Part shown: one piece after another, positions 1 through 8,861 of the stretch
Position numbering within the stretch: the stretch's first letter is position 1
Layout: each line of letters opens with the position of its first letter
NCBI GenBank assembly: GCA_963750915.1
Contig: CAVVSF010000008.1
Coordinates: 581,947 to 645,946, forward strand
Length of the DNA: 64,000 bases
Direction of reading: 5' to 3'
Source: an uncultured Acidobacteriota bacterium
Lineage (GTDB): Bacteria; Acidobacteriota; Vicinamibacteria; Vicinamibacterales; 2-12-FULL-66-21
Notes under the pieces: model-generated
Seen by the model: the letters and a program-made list of their open reading frames with translations, nothing else
Told to the model about the DNA's origin: nothing
Databases searched by the model: none
Position numbers and translations under genes: made by a program

Positions 1-232
1 ACCTGTTCAACAGCTCGAGGCCATAGCAGACGTGATCGACGTGCGCGGCGATGGACGCTCCGCCGGCGCTCGCCGGCCGGGACGCCGCACCGGCGCTGAT
101 TTTGTCCAGGGAGCGAAGCAACCCGGCGTCGCCGGGGTTCAACATGTAGGCGTCGTCGGGCGGCGGTCCGTCGACGAGCTCCGAGAAGAGACGCGCCATC
201 GATGAGTGGAACGCTTCCACGCGAGGAGCCAT
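1..232 (-). CDS. Hypothetical protein, DinB-superfamily-like, N-terminal part (gene runs off left edge)
   Basis: Minus-strand frame is open from ATG 232-230 to the window edge: MAPRVEAFHSSMARLFSELVDGPPPDDAYMLNPGD...GGASIAAHVDHVCYGLELLNR. The His-containing helix resembles DinB_2-type proteins. Absent from the ORF track because there is no stop in the window. Confidence 0.35.
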   Translation of the reverse strand, partial: MAPRVEAFHSSMARLFSELVDGPPPDDAYMLNPGDAGLLRSLDKISAGAASRPASAGGASIAAHVDHVCYGLELLNR

Positions 233-399
233 CAGGCGTCTGGTTTCATAGATCGTGCCGGCCGAGCTGCATCTAAAGGATGAGCTTGCCGCAACTCGCG
301 CCGTGCAAAGTCTGGGCGAAATTGGACTCTCGGGCGAGAATCGGGTTGGCGTGCAGTCGGGCACGGGTGTCCCGGCGCTGGGCAAGGATTGACACAACT

Positions 400-708
400 A
401 TGTACGGACTGATTGGAAAGATGTCGGCGGCCGCCGGCAAGCGTCACGAACTGGTCGCGGCTCTGCTCGAAGGCACTGGGAACATGCCCGGCTGCCTGAG
501 CTACATCGTCGCGCTCGACCCGGCCGATGCCGACGGCATCTGGATCACCGAGGCCTGGGATGGACCCGAAAGTCACAAGGCTTCGCTGTCGTTGCCACAG
601 GTTCAGGCGGCGATCGCGAAGGCCAAGCCGATCATCACCGGTTTCAGCAATCGGGTCGAGACGGTGCCGGTCGGCGGACACGGCCTCGGCGTGACACCGA
701 AGCGCTGA
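400..708 (+). CDS. Antibiotic-biosynthesis-monooxygenase (ABM) domain protein
   Basis: From ATG 400, MYGLIGKMSAAAGKRHELVAALLEG...GCLSYIVALDPADADGIWITEAWDGPESHKASLSLPQVQAAI is a typical roughly 100-aa ABM ferredoxin-like fold. The 40 aa upstream in ORF 280..708 look non-coding. Confidence 0.7.
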   Translation: MYGLIGKMSAAAGKRHELVAALLEGTGNMPGCLSYIVALDPADADGIWITEAWDGPESHKASLSLPQVQAAIAKAKPIITGFSNRVETVPVGGHGLGVTPKR

Positions 709-740
709 CGCGCAGCTGAAGCCGCAGGCTAGGCGGCGCC

Positions 741-746
741 TATAAT
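741..746 (+). promoter_or_regulatory. Perfect TATAAT box 6 nt upstream of the ATG at 753 (possible leaderless transcript)
   Basis: The sequence reads cctataatggcggcATGagaATG. There is no Shine-Dalgarno between the box and the start, and the -35 region is weak. Confidence 0.3.
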
Positions 747-752
747 GGCGGC

Positions 753-1562
753 ATGAGAATGTTTCAGGTCGTGCGAACGTTCCCGGCCGCCGTGATGTTG
801 CTGGGGTCGATCGCGCTGGCAGCAGGTTGCCGTTCCGAACCGGCGCCAGCGCCTGCCGCGGCACCGGCTCCCGCTCCTGCTCCCGGAGCCGCGCCTGCGG
901 TCGAACGAGAAACACCCGCGGCGGCACCACCGGCGCCTTCGTCGCTCGCGCCGGCCAGGACTGCCCCGGCGAATGCCGCCCCACCGGCCCGCGCTGCACG
1001 CCCTGCCGACACCGCGTCGCGGCCGGCTTCGTCGGCCACGCCGGCAAGCGATGCCCCCGCCGCGAGCACACCGCCGCCAGCGGCCCCACCGCCGCCGCCA
1101 CCGCCGCCACCGCCGCGCGAGGTCACGCTCGCCAGCGGCCGCGCGTTGAGCGTCTACACATCTTCGTCGCTGTCGACGAAGACCAACCAGGTCGGCGAGA
1201 GGTTCGTCGGAACGCTGGACGAGGCCATCACCGACGGCGACTGGATCGTGGCCAGGCGCGGCGCGCGCGTCGAAGGCGTGATCGTCGAAGCGGACGAGGG
1301 CGCGCGCGTGAAGGGACTGGCGTCGATCGCGGTCCGGCTGGAATCGCTGGCGCTCGCCGACGGCCGGACGGTCAAGCTCGAAACCTCAGCCTACCGCCGC
1401 GAGGCGAAGTCGACGAAAGGCAAGGACGCGAAGAAGATCGGCGTCGCGACGGGCGTCGGCGCCGCGATCGGGGCGATCGCCGGCGGCGGCAAGGGCGCGG
1501 CGATCGGCGCCGGCATCGGCGGCGGCGCGGGAACCGGCGCAGGTACTGGCGACGCGCGGTGA
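753..1562 (+). CDS. Lipoprotein with Ala/Pro-rich linker and C-terminal glycine-zipper
   Basis: Signal peptide with lipobox (MLLGSIALAAGC), a long AP-rich low-complexity stretch including a poly-Pro run, a globular segment, then GVATGVGAAIGAIAGGGKGAAIGAGIGGGAGTGAG. Confidence 0.6.
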   Translation: MRMFQVVRTFPAAVMLLGSIALAAGCRSEPAPAPAAAPAPAPAPGAAPAVERETPAAAPPAPSSLAPARTAPANAAPPARAARPADTASRPASSATPASDAPAASTPPPAAPPPPPPPPPPREVTLASGRALSVYTSSSLSTKTNQVGERFVGTLDEAITDGDWIVARRGARVEGVIVEADEGARVKGLASIAVRLESLALADGRTVKLETSAYRREAKSTKGKDAKKIGVATGVGAAIGAIAGGGKGAAIGAGIGGGAGTGAGTGDAR

Positions 1563-1680
1563 CCCGGCCGTCATCCCGGCCGAGACGCGTATCCGGTTCA
1601 CGCTCCAGTCGCCGGTCAGGATCGTCGAACAGCGGGAGCCGCGTTAAGCGGCGCGCTGCAAGAACAGCGACGGCTGCGGC

Positions 1681-2883
1681 TCACCTCGCAAGCCGCAGCA
1701 CCGCGTCCGCCAGCCGGTCGACGTCGCTCATGTCGTTGTAGATTTGCCCGGAGATCCGCGCGTAGATTCGGTCGCGGAACGCGTGCACCTGGACTTCGAT
1801 CTTCTCCTCGAACAGCAGCGCGTCGCGCACTGCCGCGGCCGCCTCGACGGTCGTGCCGAGTGCCGCCGGCAGCGGCACCGTCGCCATCGCTCCAATCATC
1901 GACTCCGGCGTCTCCAGCGTCGTCCCGACGCGCCCGGCCAGATGCTGTCCGCCCTGCCACGCGATCGTGTGGTTGTAGTCCCGCACGGCCTGCACCCCGA
2001 GCTCGCGCATGAACGCAATCGCCGCCGGCGCCGCGAGGTGCGGCGAGGGATCGCGGGTCCCCGGCAGGTCGAACTCGGCGCTGAACCCGCGGTCGAGCCC
2101 CCACGAGATGCAGTTGGCATGCAGCTCGGCATGCCGTTCCGGCGGCGCCCAGAGGATGCCGCTGCTCCGCGGCACCCACAGCCATTTGTGCAGGTTGCCG
2201 ACGTACCAGTCGACGCCGAGCGACGGGATATCGAGTGCCAGCGCGCCGGGCGCGTGGGCGCCGTCGGCCAGCACCGCCACGCCGCGGGCGCGCAGGCGTT
2301 CGGCGATCGCCGCGAGCGGAAGCACCAGCCCGCTCTCCGACGTCACGTGATCGACGACGGCGACGCGCGTCGCCGGCGTGATCGCCCGTTCAAAGGCCTC
2401 GATCACCTGCTCCGGCGACCGCACGGGGTACGGCATCGCGGCGGTGGACACCGCCGCGCCGCGTTCGCGCGCCGCGAAGGCAACGGCGCGATTGACGCCG
2501 CCATAACCGAAGTCGGAAACGAGAACCTCGTCGCCTGGACGCAGGGAAAACGACCGGAGGATGGCGTTGACGCCGGTGGTCGTGTTGTCGACGAACGCGA
2601 GATCATCGCCGCGGACACCCACCAGCTCGCCGACGACGTCGGCGGCCTGACGGAGGCGCGGCTTGAGGCCGCGCGGCTGGCCGACCACGATCTCGGTCAG
2701 CTCGCGGAGGAGATAGCGGCTCGGGTTGGCTTCGATCTCGTCGAGGATGGCGCGCTGCGCGTCGAGCACACGCCGGGGCGTGACCCCGACCGTGCCGTGG
2801 TTCAAATAGGTCAGGCCAGGCTCGAGCGGCCACGACGCCCGCATCTCATGTCCGAATGCCGTCACGGTGTCTCCTTCTGTCAC
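1681..2883 (-). CDS. Class V aminotransferase (isopenicillin-N-epimerase / cysteine-desulfurase-like, PLP-dependent)
   Basis: 400-aa ORF with LTYLNHGTVGVTP near the N-terminus, DGAHAPG, and NLHKWLWVPRSSGILW (PLP-lysine context). The start may be GTG 2883 or ATG 2844. Confidence 0.85.
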   Translation of the reverse strand: MTEGDTVTAFGHEMRASWPLEPGLTYLNHGTVGVTPRRVLDAQRAILDEIEANPSRYLLRELTEIVVGQPRGLKPRLRQAADVVGELVGVRGDDLAFVDNTTTGVNAILRSFSLRPGDEVLVSDFGYGGVNRAVAFAARERGAAVSTAAMPYPVRSPEQVIEAFERAITPATRVAVVDHVTSESGLVLPLAAIAERLRARGVAVLADGAHAPGALALDIPSLGVDWYVGNLHKWLWVPRSSGILWAPPERHAELHANCISWGLDRGFSAEFDLPGTRDPSPHLAAPAAIAFMRELGVQAVRDYNHTIAWQGGQHLAGRVGTTLETPESMIGAMATVPLPAALGTTVEAAAAVRDALLFEEKIEVQVHAFRDRIYARISGQIYNDMSDVDRLADAVLRLAR

Positions 2884-3082
2884 ACGTCGCCGCCGCAGGG
2901 AACTACAGATTACTGCGGGAGCGTACGCGCAGCCGCCGCCACATCAGAGGGCCGGGGAGCGAATGGACTGTCCTCGGGCGCTCGAAGCCCATCATCACTC
3001 CGAATAACGCCATAAGGCCGTTAGCCATTACTCTCAGTGCGATCTGCGTCAGCTCCGTTATCCAGGTAAGGTTCCTCCACCG

Positions 3083-5437
3083 ATGAACAACTTCCGACAC
3101 CTGCCCCTCGCTGCGCTCCTCACCGCCGGCCTTGCCGCCCCGCTGCACGCGCAGGCGATCGTGGCCGCCGGCGAGCCGGCGCAGCTCGACATCCGTGTCG
3201 CCGGCGATCACAGCCTTCGCGTCACGCTCAAGCCGGTTGACATGAAGGAGCCGCTGCCGCCCAACCCGGCGCTCGTCGATCGCCGATATCCATCACCGGC
3301 GATCTCCGTACGTTCGTTGACGAAGCCGGTGCGGCGCAAAGTCGGAGCGTTCGAGGTAACGGTGACGCCGCAGCCGCTGACCGTCGCGATCCGCAATGCC
3401 GACGGCTCGCTGGTGCAGGAGATCGGCTTCGCCGACAACGGCGACATGACCTTCGCGCTCGACGAGCAGCCGGTGCTCGGGCTCGGCGAAGGCGGTCCGC
3501 GGCCGCAGAAAGGCCGCAGCTGGCGCGAGGATCGGGTCCAGTACGACCGCCGCGGCAGCCTCGACACGATGGAGCCGCGCTGGCAGAGCGACATGTACGG
3601 GTCGCGCAACCCGGTCGCGATGATGCTTGGCACGCGCGGCTGGGGTCTGTTCGTCGCCGCGCCGTGGGTCCAAGTCGACATGCGCGACGGCAAGCGCGGC
3701 GCGCTGCTGCCGTGGCGGCCGACGCCGGCCCAGAACGTGCCGCAGAACGAACGCAACCAGCAGCAGGCGCTCGGCAAGGGCCAGCCGCCGATCGACGAGA
3801 TCGTGCCCGGCTTCGCCGACCTCTTCGTCTTCGACGCCCGCGATCCGCGGCGGGCGCTGAAGGACTACGCCACCATCACCGGCCCGGCCGTGATGCCGCC
3901 GCGCTGGGCGCTCGGCTACATGCAGTCGCACCGCACCCTCGAAGACGATGCGCAGATGCTCGGCATCGTCGACAGCTTTCGCGCCAAGAAGATCCCGCTC
4001 GATGCGGTCATCTATCTCGGCACCGGCTTCGCGCCGCGCGGCTGGAACACGCGGCAGCCGTCCTTCGACTTCCATCGCGACGTCTTCAAGCGCGACCCCG
4101 CCGCCGTGATCAAGGACATGCACGACCGCAACGTCAAGGTCGTCGTCCACATGGTGCCCTGGGACCGCGACAAGCTGCCGACGCTGCATGGCTCGATCCC
4201 GGCGCGGCCGGGCGAGACGCTCGACCCATCGCACATCCAGAGCTACTGGGAGCAGCACGTGCCGCTCGTGAAGACCGGCATCGACGCCTTCTGGCCCGAC
4301 GAGGGCGACTGGTTCAACCTGCACGAACGCATCAAGCGGCACCAGATGTACTACGAGGGTCATCTGTCGACCGAACCGAACGAGCGTCCCTGGAGCCTGC
4401 AGCGCAACGGCTACCCCGGCATCGCCCAGTGGGGCGGCTGGGTCTGGTCGGGCGACACCGACTCGGCGTGGAAGACGCTCGAGGCGCAGATCGCCGTCGG
4501 CCTCAACTACTCGCTCAGCATCGGACCGTACTGGGGCTCGGACATCGGCGGCTTCTATCCCAACCGCGAGCTCACCGGTGAGCTCTACGCGCGATGGGTG
4601 CAGTTTGCCTCGTTCTGCGCTTCGTTCCGCGCCCACGGCCGCGTCTGGTGGACGCGCCTGCCGTGGGGCTGGGGCGGCAGCGACGTCGGGCCGAAGGAGT
4701 ACGGCAACAACAACGCGCCGATCCCGCCCGACGATCCGCGCAACATCCTGGCGTCGGAACTGAACAACCCGGCGATCGAGCCGGTGGCGAAGAAGTACAT
4801 CGAGCTGCGCTATCAGCTCATGCCCTACACCTACACGCTGGCGCGGGAAGCGCGCGATCTCGGGTTGCCCCTGATGCGTTCGCTGTGGCTGCACTACCCC
4901 GACGACGAGCGCGCACGAGGCATCGGCGACCAGTACCTATGGGGACGCGACCTGATGATCGCTCCGGTCTACACCGCCGGCGCCTCATCACGCGACGTCT
5001 ATCTCCCGCGCGGCGATTGGTACGACTGGTGGACCAGCGCCCGCGTCAGCGGCGGTCAGTCGGTCGCGAAAGCCGTCGACCTCGCGACCATGCCGATCTA
5101 CGTCCGCGCCGGCGCCATCATCCCTGTCGATCCGGTCCGCCAGTTCGTCGACGAGGTCGTGACCGCGCCGACAACCGTCCGCGTGTATGGCGGCGCCAAC
5201 GGCGAATTCGTGCTCTACGACGACGACGGGAAGAGCCAGGAGTACCTGAAAGGACGCGGCCAGTGGACGCGGTTCGCGTGGGACGACAAGGCGCGCCGTC
5301 TGACGATCGAGCCGGGCGCGCCCCGCGGCGCGACCAACGTTGCCGGGCCGCCGCGGACGCTAACGGTTCAGCTGCTGCCCGAAGGCGGCACGCGCGAGGT
5401 CACGTACCGAGGGCAGCGGCTGGTCGTCAACTTCTGA
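3083..5437 (+). CDS. Glycoside hydrolase family 31 (alpha-glucosidase/alpha-xylosidase-like), secreted
   Basis: 784 aa with a signal peptide. Contains GPAVMPPRWALGYMQS, IDAFWPDEGDW, WSGDTDSAWKTLEAQI and a DUF5110-like C-terminus (VRVYGGANGEFVLYDDDGKSQEY). Confidence 0.9.
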   Translation: MNNFRHLPLAALLTAGLAAPLHAQAIVAAGEPAQLDIRVAGDHSLRVTLKPVDMKEPLPPNPALVDRRYPSPAISVRSLTKPVRRKVGAFEVTVTPQPLTVAIRNADGSLVQEIGFADNGDMTFALDEQPVLGLGEGGPRPQKGRSWREDRVQYDRRGSLDTMEPRWQSDMYGSRNPVAMMLGTRGWGLFVAAPWVQVDMRDGKRGALLPWRPTPAQNVPQNERNQQQALGKGQPPIDEIVPGFADLFVFDARDPRRALKDYATITGPAVMPPRWALGYMQSHRTLEDDAQMLGIVDSFRAKKIPLDAVIYLGTGFAPRGWNTRQPSFDFHRDVFKRDPAAVIKDMHDRNVKVVVHMVPWDRDKLPTLHGSIPARPGETLDPSHIQSYWEQHVPLVKTGIDAFWPDEGDWFNLHERIKRHQMYYEGHLSTEPNERPWSLQRNGYPGIAQWGGWVWSGDTDSAWKTLEAQIAVGLNYSLSIGPYWGSDIGGFYPNRELTGELYARWVQFASFCASFRAHGRVWWTRLPWGWGGSDVGPKEYGNNNAPIPPDDPRNILASELNNPAIEPVAKKYIELRYQLMPYTYTLAREARDLGLPLMRSLWLHYPDDERARGIGDQYLWGRDLMIAPVYTAGASSRDVYLPRGDWYDWWTSARVSGGQSVAKAVDLATMPIYVRAGAIIPVDPVRQFVDEVVTAPTTVRVYGGANGEFVLYDDDGKSQEYLKGRGQWTRFAWDDKARRLTIEPGAPRGATNVAGPPRTLTVQLLPEGGTREVTYRGQRLVVNF

Positions 5438-5495
5438 ACACACGAGCTTGATGAACCGCATTATCGCGCCATCACAATTAGTGATGCGTTGCGCC

Positions 5496-5537
5496 GGCTC
5501 CTCCTCTGTAACACTGAACGCGTACAGAGGAGGAGCC
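5496..5537 (+). promoter_or_regulatory. Perfect 15-bp stem hairpin covering the Shine-Dalgarno of the TonB receptor gene
   Basis: ggctcctcctctgta (5496-5510) pairs with tacagaggaggagcc (5523-5537) across a 12-nt loop. The right arm contains GGAGGAG and lies 4 nt before ATG 5542. It sits 59 nt after the GH31 stop. Confidence 0.5.
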
Positions 5538-5541
5538 TGCC

Positions 5542-8500
5542 ATGCGAAGACTGTCGACCGTCGCGTTGCTCGCGGGGTTGATGCTCGTCGTGGTTGCGAC
5601 CGCGACGCCCGTCTACGCCCAGCGCCAGCTCGGCGCGATCCAGGGCACGATCACTGATCAAACCGGCGGCGTCATTCCCGGCGTCACGGTCACCGTCACC
5701 AACAAGAACACCGGCGAAGTTCGCAACACCGTCACCAACGAGGTCGGCATCTATCGGTTGCCGGGTCTCGATCCCGGGACCTACGACGTCGCGGCGGAAT
5801 TGAGCGGTCTCGGCCGCGGCGCGCGCAACGACGTCGTCGTGTCCGTCGGCGCGTCGGTCGGCCTGAACATGACGCTGTCGCCGGCGGGCGTGTCCGAGAC
5901 GGTGCAGGTGCTCGGCGTCTCCCCCGACATCCAGACGGAAAAAGCGGACCTGTCATCGGTGGTCGAGCGTCAGCGCATCGTCGATCTGCCGATTGCGGGG
6001 CGCAACCCGCTGACCCTCGCGACGCTCCAGCCCGGCATCCTGGGACTGCCAGGCGGCACGGACTTCCTCGCGCAGGAGCAGGGCATGGGGTTCAATGCCA
6101 GCGGCCAGCGCAGCGGCGCGAACAACGCGATGGTCGACGGGCTGAGCATCAACGGCGGACCGTGGTCGGGCAGCGTGCTGATCGTGCCGAACACCGAGGC
6201 CGTGCAGGAGTTCCAGGTCGTCGCCAACAACCCGTCGGCGGAGTTCGGGCGCAACTCTGGCGCCGCCGTCAGCCTCGTCACGCGCGGCGGCACCAACCAG
6301 TTCCGCGGCAGCGGCTTCACTTTCTACCGCAGCAACGAGATGCGGGCGCTGACCTACTTCGAGAAGCTGAACAACGCGCAGAAGGCGGACTTCAAGAAAC
6401 AGGACTTCGGCGGCAGTCTCGGCGGCCCGATCAGGCGCGACAGCGCTTTCTTCTTCTTCTCGTATGAAGGCGTGCGCGAGGACTCCGGCAGCGGCGCCCA
6501 GTACACGGTCGAGACCGAACAGTTCCGCGACTTCGTCAAGTCGACGCGGCCGAACTCGAACGCCGCCTACCTGCTCGACAAGTACCGGCCGCCGGTCTAC
6601 CCGACCACCGGCCTGCGCGATCTCGGCAGCCCGGCCCCGGGCGTCCGCGTCATCGGTCCGCCCGACGGCATCCCTGACATCGGCACGATCAACTACGCGA
6701 TCGTCAACCATCGCGAAGGCGACCAGTTCAACGGCCGCTTCGATCAGGTGCTGCGCAGCGGCAACGACAAGCTGCGGGCGAGCTACTACATGACCGACAT
6801 CAAGCCGGAGTTCACCTACCTGCGTCCCGGCTTCGATCACCCGTATCCGCACCGTAACCAGTTCCTGAGCCTCGGCTACACGAGCGTCGTCTCGAGCACG
6901 ACGCTGAACGAGCTCAGCTTCGGCTACGTGCGGATGCACGGCGAAGCCCAGGATCCGACGCCGGACGCGCCGACGATCAGCGTCCTCGGCGGCGTCTCAG
7001 GCTTCGGCGTCGACTTCTGGCATCCCATCCAGTTCACGCAGAACAACTTCGAGATCAAGGAGACGCTGACGACGACCAGGGGGCGCCACAGCCTCCGGTT
7101 CGGCGGCGAAGCGCGGCTCTCGATCGACAACAGCGAGCTGCATCACTGGGAGCGCCCGAACTACGAGTTCCAGACGCCGCTCGGCGTCTCGCAGAACACC
7201 GGCATCCTCGACTTCGCCGACGACGAGGCGTTCTCCGAGCGGCGCGGTGTCGATCCGGCGACCGGGCTGCCGACGCTGGCGGTCGGCGAGTACCGCGGCC
7301 GCGAGTTCGCGCTGTACATGCAGGACAACTGGAAGGTCCGCTCGAACGTGACCGTGAACCTCGGCCTGCGCTACGAAGTCTTCATGAGCCCGAAGAAGGT
7401 GAACCGCAGCTTCGGCGGCATCATCCTCGGTCCCGGCGCGACGCGGCAGGAGCAAGTGGCAACGGCGAAGGTCGGGGAGATTCCGCGGCTGTACGACACC
7501 GACTGGAACAACTTCGGCCCGCGCCTCGGCGTCGCCTGGGACCTCGGCGGCAACGGCAAGACGGTGCTCCGCAGCGGCGGCGGCCTGTCCTACAACCGCA
7601 TCAACAACACGGTGTGGAGCGACGAGCGGCTGAACCCGCCGTTCTTCGCCAACGCCTTCGCGACGGTGCAGGACAACATCCCGATCGTCTACACGCTCGG
7701 CCCCGACTACCCGCCGAACCCCGCCCTCAACCGCGGCTTCGACGAGAACGGCGGCCTGCGCGGCGCCCGCATCGATCTGCGCGTGATCGATCCGGCGACG
7801 ACGCTGCCCTACTCCTTCAACTGGTTCGCCGGGGTGCAGCGGCAGCTGCCATGGGACTTCGTCGTCGAGGCCAATTACATCGGCAGCGCCGGCAGGAACC
7901 TGATGAGCGCCGACGGCCCCGGCGGCGAGGACTACAACCGCTTCGCCGGCGACATGCTCGACAACGTCCGCAATCGCCTCAACCCGAGCTTCGGCGTGGT
8001 CGGCCTCGCCGAGAGCCGGATCGACAGCAACTATCACGGGCTGACGCTGCAGGCCAACCGGCGCTTCCGGCGCGGGTTCAGCTTCCAGGCGGCCTACACG
8101 CTCGGCCAGGCCAAGGACTACCCCGGCGTCGCCGAGGAAGTGACCGACCTGGCGCGCGACTACGGCAATGCCGCGTTCGACGTCCGGCAGAAGCTGGCGT
8201 TGAACGTCCTGTGGCAGATTCCCTACGAGCCCGCGAACCTGTGGGTGCGCGGCGTTCTCGGCGGCTGGCAGCTGAACACGATCACGATCTGGCAGACGGG
8301 CCAGCCGTTCACCGTGACGTGCAACTCGCCTTACCCGACGTGCGATTTCAACGCCGACGGCAACAACGGCGATCGGGTGAACCTGCCGTCGTACGGCACC
8401 GACCTCGGCAGCATCTCTGACGAACAATGGCTGGCCGGCGGCCTGAACGCGTCGGACTTCCCGCTCCCCGAATCCGGCACGCTCGGGACGCTGCCGCGCA

Positions 8501-8757
8501 ACGTCTATTACGGTCCGAGCTACTTCACCACCGACTTCTCGCTGTTCAAGAACATCGAGATGCGCCTGTTCGGCAGCGACACGCAGACGCTGCAACTGCG
8601 GATCGAGGCCTACAACCTCTTCGACACGCTCAACCTCAACAACCCGGTCACCAACACCGCCGCCGTCAACTTCGGCGTCGTCACCAGCCTGCGAACGCCG
8701 GGTGGCGGCCTCCCGGGCTCGAGGCTGGCGCAGGTCGGACTCAAGTTCTTGTTCTGA
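5542..8757 (+). CDS. TonB-dependent receptor with N-terminal carboxypeptidase-regulatory-like domain
   Basis: 1071 aa. Signal peptide, then GTITDQTGGVIPGVTVTVTNKNTGEVRNTVTNEVGIYRLPGLDPGTYDV (CarboxypepD_reg), a plug-like region, a long beta-barrel, and a terminal ...GLKFLF ending in an aromatic residue. Confidence 0.9.
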   Translation: MRRLSTVALLAGLMLVVVATATPVYAQRQLGAIQGTITDQTGGVIPGVTVTVTNKNTGEVRNTVTNEVGIYRLPGLDPGTYDVAAELSGLGRGARNDVVVSVGASVGLNMTLSPAGVSETVQVLGVSPDIQTEKADLSSVVERQRIVDLPIAGRNPLTLATLQPGILGLPGGTDFLAQEQGMGFNASGQRSGANNAMVDGLSINGGPWSGSVLIVPNTEAVQEFQVVANNPSAEFGRNSGAAVSLVTRGGTNQFRGSGFTFYRSNEMRALTYFEKLNNAQKADFKKQDFGGSLGGPIRRDSAFFFFSYEGVREDSGSGAQYTVETEQFRDFVKSTRPNSNAAYLLDKYRPPVYPTTGLRDLGSPAPGVRVIGPPDGIPDIGTINYAIVNHREGDQFNGRFDQVLRSGNDKLRASYYMTDIKPEFTYLRPGFDHPYPHRNQFLSLGYTSVVSSTTLNELSFGYVRMHGEAQDPTPDAPTISVLGGVSGFGVDFWHPIQFTQNNFEIKETLTTTRGRHSLRFGGEARLSIDNSELHHWERPNYEFQTPLGVSQNTGILDFADDEAFSERRGVDPATGLPTLAVGEYRGREFALYMQDNWKVRSNVTVNLGLRYEVFMSPKKVNRSFGGIILGPGATRQEQVATAKVGEIPRLYDTDWNNFGPRLGVAWDLGGNGKTVLRSGGGLSYNRINNTVWSDERLNPPFFANAFATVQDNIPIVYTLGPDYPPNPALNRGFDENGGLRGARIDLRVIDPATTLPYSFNWFAGVQRQLPWDFVVEANYIGSAGRNLMSADGPGGEDYNRFAGDMLDNVRNRLNPSFGVVGLAESRIDSNYHGLTLQANRRFRRGFSFQAAYTLGQAKDYPGVAEEVTDLARDYGNAAFDVRQKLALNVLWQIPYEPANLWVRGVLGGWQLNTITIWQTGQPFTVTCNSPYPTCDFNADGNNGDRVNLPSYGTDLGSISDEQWLAGGLNASDFPLPESGTLGTLPRNVYYGPSYFTTDFSLFKNIEMRLFGSDTQTLQLRIEAYNLFDTLNLNNPVTNTAAVNFGVVTSLRTPGGGLPGSRLAQVGLKFLF

Positions 8758-8763
8758 CGAACC

Positions 8764-8846
8764 CGGGGCTCGGGACTCGAAGTCTCAGGGCTCAGGCTCA
8801 GGGCTCAGGGCTCAGGCGACTCAAGCCTGAGCCCCGAGCCCCGACT
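8764..8846. repeat. Hairpin element with (GGGCTCA)n arm and complementary (CCCCGAG)n arm
   Basis: ctcagggctcaggctcagggctcagggctcaggc (8784-8817) faces gcctgagccccgagccccga (8825-8844). A related element lies at 56436-56512. Confidence 0.7.
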
Positions 8847-8861
8847 GGTAGACTGGCCCCC

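Noticed and set aside
764-1126. Gly/Ala-rich and Arg-rich ORFs overlapping the lipoprotein gene (764..1126 minus, 827..1741 plus, 232..1110 minus).
   Set aside because: They are alternative-frame or antisense translations of the Ala/Pro-rich low-complexity region. The lipobox-containing frame (753..1562) is the only one with coherent protein features.
8427-8861. N-terminal extensions given by the ORF track. Examples are 8427 for the CE15 gene, 11528 for CFA synthase, 12784 for DUF1365, 13548 for the FAD oxidoreductase, 14441 for the desaturase, 29601 for agmatine deiminase, 28928 for the S9 peptidase and 45574 for DUF1501.
   Set aside because: The extensions overlap upstream genes or repeat elements and translate to low-complexity sequence. 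Internal ATG/GTG starts coincide with signal peptides, family N-termini or 4-nt stop-start overlaps.
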